The position numbers were made by a program, and so were the translations under genes. The notes below the pieces were generated by a model. That model did not search any database. It saw only the letters and a program-made list of their open reading frames with translations, and had not been told where the DNA came from. This document shows positions 57,515-64,000 of a stretch of 64,000 nt of DNA, one piece after another (positions within the stretch are counted from its first letter, which is position 1; each line of letters opens with the position of its first letter). Source of the stretch: Chrysomallon squamiferum (Eukaryota; Animalia; Mollusca); the NCBI GenBank assembly GCA_012295275.1, contig CM022667.1:13950001-14014000 (forward strand). Reading direction: 5' to 3'.

Positions 57515-58225
57515 GATACCGAAACAGGCCAAAATTTGGGGACCCACCCGTCATAACTTTTTATAGGACCTTCTTGAAATAGAAATTGCTTTGAGAGGCC
57601 ACAGTTAGTCTAGACAACAGACAAGTCAATAATTTCTCAAAGAGCGATTTACAGTGTCTACCCATTTCCATCCCATTCTCAATCTCTTGGAGTTTAGCGT
57701 AGTCCTAGTTCTTAAAACCCAATTTATCACTTTATTTGACAGATACTTTACATTTTGCAGATATTAAACGGACATATATATATAAATACGGAACTGCCTG
57801 TTTTCTTTCTGACCTTCTTTATTTATTTAATTTAAAAAAATAAAAAAATAAAAAAATATCGTTTTTCTTTATTTCGTTTTCTTTTTTTTTTTTTTTTGTG
57901 TTTGAAATGAAAAAAAAAGATATATATATATATAGTAACAATAAGTAAGTAAATAAAATAAAATAAAATAATAAATAATACAAAGTGGCACGGTTTGATT
58001 AGCTTTACCATTTGAAAACAAAGCAGAAAATGACGTAATTTAGTAGCAGACGTCATCAACAAGAGTGTCTTTTTTAAAACTATTAATTTGTCTTATTATA
58101 CCAAAACTACTACTACTAATAACAACAACAGCAATAATAATAATAATAAAAGAAAGAGTAAAAAAAAGAATACTGACATTTAATAAGTCATATTATTAAA
58201 CTCTCAAATATTGTATTTTCTAGAC

Positions 58226-59288
58226 ATGAAATTACTGTTCCCTCTCTGCATTCTGTCAGGTAAAATTTAATTTCTTATTATATTTAAATATTTTTCTTTC
58301 ACAGACACATGCATACATACTGAAGAAAAATATTACTGTTTATGTGTTATTAGTACTATTATTATTAATTGTCATATACCTACTATATATAAAGACAAAA
58401 CTGTAGACTTAGCATGTTTCATTCAGCAGTAGTACATTAACGTATGCATTTATTTTTGAAACATGATTATTTACAGTTTTTAATTTCATTTTCTGTAATA
58501 TTTTAGTTTAATGCTAATTCTTTGCCATTCACCAGATATTCATTCATATAACGCCAATAAGAAAACTTAATAATAAACTGCTAATTCTGTTACATGGTAT
58601 GTTGTAACGACATTTTTGAATACATTGTTTATTTCAGTAATAATACACATGGCTTTTTGCGAATGTGATACTGACGCAGCGAAAACGTGCAGAATTGAAT
58701 TCTTGCACGAAGTCGATCGTGCAAAGCGCAAAGCTGATAAATGCCGGTATGTTCGTACGAAAATAAGCTATATAGATTTTCTTTTTTTTTTTTTTTTTTT
58801 TGTTGTTGTTGTTGTTGTTGTTTTTTATTTATTTATTTATTTATTATTATTTTTTACGTATCACTTATTTATTCAGTAATTAACTGATTAATATTGCTTT
58901 TTGTATTGTCAAGATTATATACATTTCCTTCATTCGCAATCACTGTCATAAACCAAACTGTTTTTACTTTAATTGAATATTTTTGCCATATAACTAATAA
59001 TAATAAATGTTCTATACTTCAGCATAGCACAGAAAATGATGAACTGTTTCATAGAAACCAACTGTTTTAATAACCAAACCAAGACTGGTGAAATACCAGC
59101 CCTGAAAAAAGTACTGAAGGAGAACTGCGGTACGTTTTCTTCACATGTTAAACACCAACGTTTTCACAACAACAACAACAACAACAACAATAATAATAAT
59201 AAATAATAATAATTAAAATAGTAATAATAGTAATAACAATAATTAATACATCTACATATATATGTATATACATACATATATATGTATG

Positions 59289-59336
<48 letters not shown>

Positions 59337-60009
59337 CTATCTCTGTGTCTCTGTCTCTGTAATAATATTACAGGTGGTGTCATTGTCCCACGCGCTGCAC
59401 ATAGCAGAGGTAAGTGATTCTTAAGTACATTAATAGCAGGATTCTTGTTTAGAATTGTAATTATGTGTAAGTATGTAAAATTACTACTTTTAAAACGTTT
59501 AAACGTTGCTATTTCGTCTGCGGGAAAATCATCTCAATATGTACAATATATTCCCTAACGACTGTTTTGTTTCTCGAGACGAATCTGTAATAATAACAAT
59601 AATAATATGGCGATGTAATCTTAAGATCCAAATTTATTATCAGAAGATTAGATGTAACAAGGCAAATCATCACTTGTACTGTTATTGATTCACTTTATGT
59701 AAAAATACGGTCTACGCCGGTTTTTTAATTTTATTTCAGCTTCGAGCTTCTCATTTATATTTCTGTCGATCGATTAGAGAACTTCTATTATCATAAGATT
59801 AGTATTTCTCTGAACGCCTGTTAGATTTTTTGTTTCTGCACCAATCAGCTGAAATATGTGTGCATGCTAACAAATATATGTTAATATTCAAAATGAATTA
59901 CCAAATATTTGTCGATTCAATTTGTTTTACAGCTGAGCACCAGACACGCAGATCTCTGTTGTCGATGTGGATTGGAATAGTGATCTCGTTCGTGATTTTA
60001 AGCAAATAG
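58226..60009 (+). CDS. Member K: 120-aa six-Cys protein
   Basis: Exons 58226-58259, 58638-58746, 59023-59129, 59374-59409, 59933-60009: MKLLFPLCILSVIIHMAFCECDTDAAKTCRIEFLHEVDRAKRKADKCRIAQKMMNCFIETNCFNNQTKTGEIPALKKVLKENCGGVIVPRAAHSRAEHQTRRSLLSMWIGIVISFVILSK*. Confidence 0.9.
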
Positions 60010-60439
60010 ACAGAATTGCACATTGAAAAAACCCATCTGTGTCTAAGCCTCAAAACATCTATCTTTAATAAAAAATTAAAATATTGAAATTGAAATAATA
60101 ATAAATATGAGTAAATAATTTAATCTTCATTGTTATGAATTTGAAGATATATCCTGTTTAAAAATAAATTAATGTTTCTAATATCAGCATTTGTTATAAT
60201 GTACTTTCAAGTTTTTCTTTCGTTTCGTAATGTAAAGACGTTATATTATTATTATTATTATTATTATAGTAGTAGTAGTAGTAGTAGTAATAGTAGTAGT
60301 AGTAGTAATAGTAGTAGTAGTATCATTATCATAATTATTTTATTATCATTCATTATCATCATAATCATCACTATTATTAGCATTCTTCTTCATTATTATT
60401 GTTATTATTATTATTATTATTATTATTTTTCAACGTTTG

Positions 60440-60646
60440 AAATAACTGCAGTCAAAATGTTTTGTACATTAAATGTAAATATTATTTACAGTTATATTTT
60501 AGTTAAATGCTAATTAATAATAATTTATATTAAATGTGTTGACGTTTTGTAATGATTATAATCAGAAACGTTACAATTTAATAACAATACACTTTTTAAC
60601 TGTGTAACACATACATAAATATATTCATAAATACATACATACATAC

Positions 60647-60685
<39 letters not shown>

Positions 60686-60875
60686 CATATATATATATAT
60701 ATATACATACATACCAAGTATTCATATAATTTCAGTAAGAATTTTATAAACTGCTAATTCTATTAAATGGCATGTTCTGATGATCGGGCACAGTTCTACT
60801 GACAATTTTGCAAAACTATAGTTCTGAATTTATTTCCATGCAACACATTTGTTTTTTTGTAAATGCGATAAAACA
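60440..60875 (+). pseudogene. Relic intron 1 plus decayed start of exon 2
   Basis: Reverse-complement homology to intron 1 of H (about 44430-44990). It ends in TTTCCATGCAACACATTTGTTTTTTTGTAAATGCGAT, a degraded version of TTTCAG|TAACAATACACTTGGCTTTTTGTGAATGTGAT. Confidence 0.55.
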
Positions 60876-61548
60876 AACTGTTGAAGTAAGAGTGAATATC
60901 TTAATCTATCTCTGTATATCTCTCTTTGATTGTGTCCTTGTAAGTTAGCACGTACACAGAAAATATAGCCAGAGTTTGAATCCTTCAAAATTATACTTTG
61001 TACATTTTCTTACTTCTTTAGTTAGAATTTTAGTAATTATTATTACTATTTATTTTATCTTTTATATTTAAAAAAAAATTATTTACCGTTCTTAAGCAAT
61101 AAGCAAAGACCATTTCGGCTAAACACGTTTTACAATTGACGAAGTTCAAAATCTGTTCCTCAGCACTTTTCAGGCACAGGACAAGTTAATTAGTAATTTA
61201 AGAGAAATTATTACGCAGAGAAAATCCATCGATATTTGACAGAATGTCACGCGATCACCTTCAGTAGCAAATAACTTTTTCAAAATTTGATTAGAAAAAT
61301 TTACTTTTGTCAAATTATTCTTCATTCGATATTCACCTTTCAAATCAAGTTTTAGGGAAACAAATGAATTTCTGACCAAAATAATAAATAAAATAAAATA
61401 AAATAAAATAAAATAAAATAAAATAAATGAATAAATTGATAATAAATAAATATACAAAAAATATTACGTTCACTGAGAAATGAAGGGTAAAAAAATATGA
61501 CTCTGTATATCGTGTACTTCAGTGTCTAAGCCTCAAACGCATCTATTT

Positions 61549-61620
<72 letters not shown>

Positions 61621-61887
61621 GCAACAACAACATACAGAGGTGCTGAATACGATAGCATCTATCATGCTTGATGCAGTAAACTCACACAACGTTGTTTGAA
61701 AATATTTTTCTACTTTCAAAATACTATAATAACAAAAAAACTCACGTTTAAATATACACAAGTGAAAGCTATTTTACTAATAATTGATTTACAAATAGAC
61801 GTAGCAGGCCACTGGGGCTTAGGGCGTACGGGTGTATGTATGTATGTATGTATGTATGTATGTATGTATGTATGTATATATATATAT

Positions 61888-62032
61888 CTTGACTTATGAG
61901 ACGTGTTTAATTTGTTCCGAGTCCTATCTCAATTTGCTCGTATATCAAATCAGTTTTCCAACTGAAATTAATTGAAATACCATTAATCCGTTCCAGCCCC
62001 CTCAAAAAACACATATTGTTAACAAAATAAAA

Positions 62033-62065
<33 letters not shown>

Positions 62066-62627
62066 TAAATGAAAGAGAATGTAAAGAAATAAACTGGTTT
62101 TGTAAAGTGTATTTATCTCGGAGATCAGACAAATTATTTTAACGCCATTGGCTGGACTTACAGCCTTTTGTCGACTCCTTCTGCTTCAGCATGGTACATA
62201 TCGTAGAAGTACTACGTTCGTAATGCCTAGCCAAGTCGACAACATGTACACCTCGCTCATGTTTTTCTATGAATTCAATCTTTAATTCAATGGACATCAT
62301 CCGCTTCTTCTTCTCAGCACTGTCCTTTCCACTGACTTTCTTAGGATCTGTGGCCAGAAAATAGAGATTTGGCAGAATACTGCACTAAATGGACCACAAC
62401 ACAGCAGAGATGCTTCCGCGGCGAGGTAACCACGCCAAGTAAACGAACGAGGCTAGGGGTGCTGTCCGCATGTTACGTTGATTGTTGCGCCAACTAGCGG
62501 CGGCGTATCTGAAGCTCGCTCGTTACTCGCATTTTGGCTCGCAACTCAAAGCAAAAGATCGACAGGGCGACTGCTCTTAACTTGAAAAACACGTAAGTTG
62601 GGGCACTCTTAAGTCGAGGTACCACTG
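61888..62627 (-). mobile_element. Tigger/pogo non-autonomous copy, same family as 11848-12607
   Basis: Ends ...AAGTCGAGGTACCACTG|TA. The minus strand encodes a DSAEKKKRMMSIELKIEFIEKHERGV HTH remnant, and the other TIR is truncated at a TA tract. Confidence 0.8.
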
Positions 62628-63141
62628 TATATATACATATATATGTGTGTGTGTGTGTGTGGGTGGGTGTGTGCATACACAGACACACACATACACATAC
62701 ATATATACACAGAAACATATGGGATGCCAAAAGATGGCAAAATATTGGTGGAAACAAGTAGGTAAATCCCGTGATCACTTTTTATAGGATCTTCTTCAAA
62801 TAGAAATTGCTTTGCGCGGCCCGAGTTAATGTAGCTAACAGGCAAGTCAGTAATTTCTCAAGGAGCGATTTACAGTGTCTGCCCATTTCCATCGCATCCT
62901 CAGTCTCATGGAGTTTAGCGTAGTCCTAGTTCTTAAAACCTAATTCTATCACTTTATTTGACAGATACTTTACATTTTACAGATATTAAAAAATAAAAAT
63001 TAAAAAAATACGGAACTCTGTTTTCTTTCAGTCTTTCTTTGTTTATTTCATGTTATTTATTTATTACTATTTTTTTTTTTTGTTTCTTTATTTCTTTTTC
63101 TTTATTTTTTGTGTTGAAAATGAAAAATGTAAAATAATAAA

Positions 63142-63204
<63 letters not shown>

Positions 63205-63490
63205 TAAAAAAATAAATAAAAAAAAAAAATAAATGATAAAATTTGATTAGTTTTAGCTTTTGAAAACTAGGCTAGGAAATGACGTAATTTATTGGCAGAC
63301 GTTGTTAACGGTTATTACAACAAAACTAATTTCGCTGTATTGTTTTCACGAAGTTTATATTTACTGCTTATCACAAGAGGTATCACTGAATATTTTTCTA
63401 TAATATGTTGTTCTGCTACTAATAGGAATGAAAATAAAACATTCAGTAAATCTTTTGTCGTTTTGTTTTAGTTCTAATTAAAATAAAAAC

Positions 63491-63542
<52 letters not shown>

Positions 63543-63653
63543 TAAAAATAATAATAATAATAAAAGAGAGAGTAAAAACATTTTGACATTCAGTAAGTCA
63601 TATTATCGAACTCACCTTTACTAAATAATATTTGTATTTTCTAGCAAAATAAG

Positions 63654-63687
63654 ATGAGATTATTGTTCGTTCTCTGCATTATGTTTG
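63654..63687 (+). CDS. Member L: first coding exon (MRLLFVLCIMF); remainder presumably beyond the window
   Basis: 34-nt ATG exon with a TTTCTAG acceptor upstream and a G|GTAAAA donor. The conserved GGAAATGACGTAAT element is at 63275, and the upstream block is homologous to that of K. Confidence 0.7.
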
Positions 63688-63721
63688 GTAAAATTTAATT
63701 TCTCATTATTGTCAAATCTCT

Positions 63722-63782
<61 letters not shown>

Positions 63783-64000
63783 TGAATGTATGTCTTTATT
63801 TTTTTTTAAATGAATATTTATGGTCGTTTCAGTTTCATTTTCAGTAATATTATAGTTTAATGCTAATTCTTTCAAAATTTAATATTGAATGCTTTGACGT
63901 TTACTATAAAGGATGTAACAGAAATGTTTGGTAACTGTGTGTATGTGTGTGTGTGTGTGTGTGTGCGTGTGCGTTTTTGTTTTGTACGTATAACTGCGGA

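Overview
This is AT-rich, microsatellite-dense eukaryotic (animal) genomic DNA, not prokaryotic. A mollusc-like origin is suggested only by a satellite motif and is inference. The ORF track misses the real genes because they are spliced. Reading splice sites by hand gives a tandem/inverted cluster of one gene family: 10 complete five-coding-exon genes (labelled B-K here), two partial members at the window edges (A, L), and several relic exons. Each encodes a 120-123 aa protein with a signal peptide, a six-cysteine domain (C-x7-C-x17/18-C-x8-C-x5-C-x20-C), a short linker and a hydrophobic C-terminal tail resembling a GPI-anchor signal. Exon sizes (34/109-115/107/36-39/77 nt) and intron phases (1,2,1,1) are conserved. 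The Cys-domain exons are hypervariable, while adjacent introns and the tail exon stay nearly identical between paralogs. All 11 substitutions between the close copies E and F in these exons are non-synonymous. The picture is a rapidly diversifying cell-surface recognition-type family shaped by duplication, inversion and gene conversion. Also present are Tigger/pogo and Tc1/mariner remnants, a possible THAP-transposon relic, and a 4.3 kb forward-inverted-forward satellite block where gene orientation flips. All coordinates and translations were done by eye.
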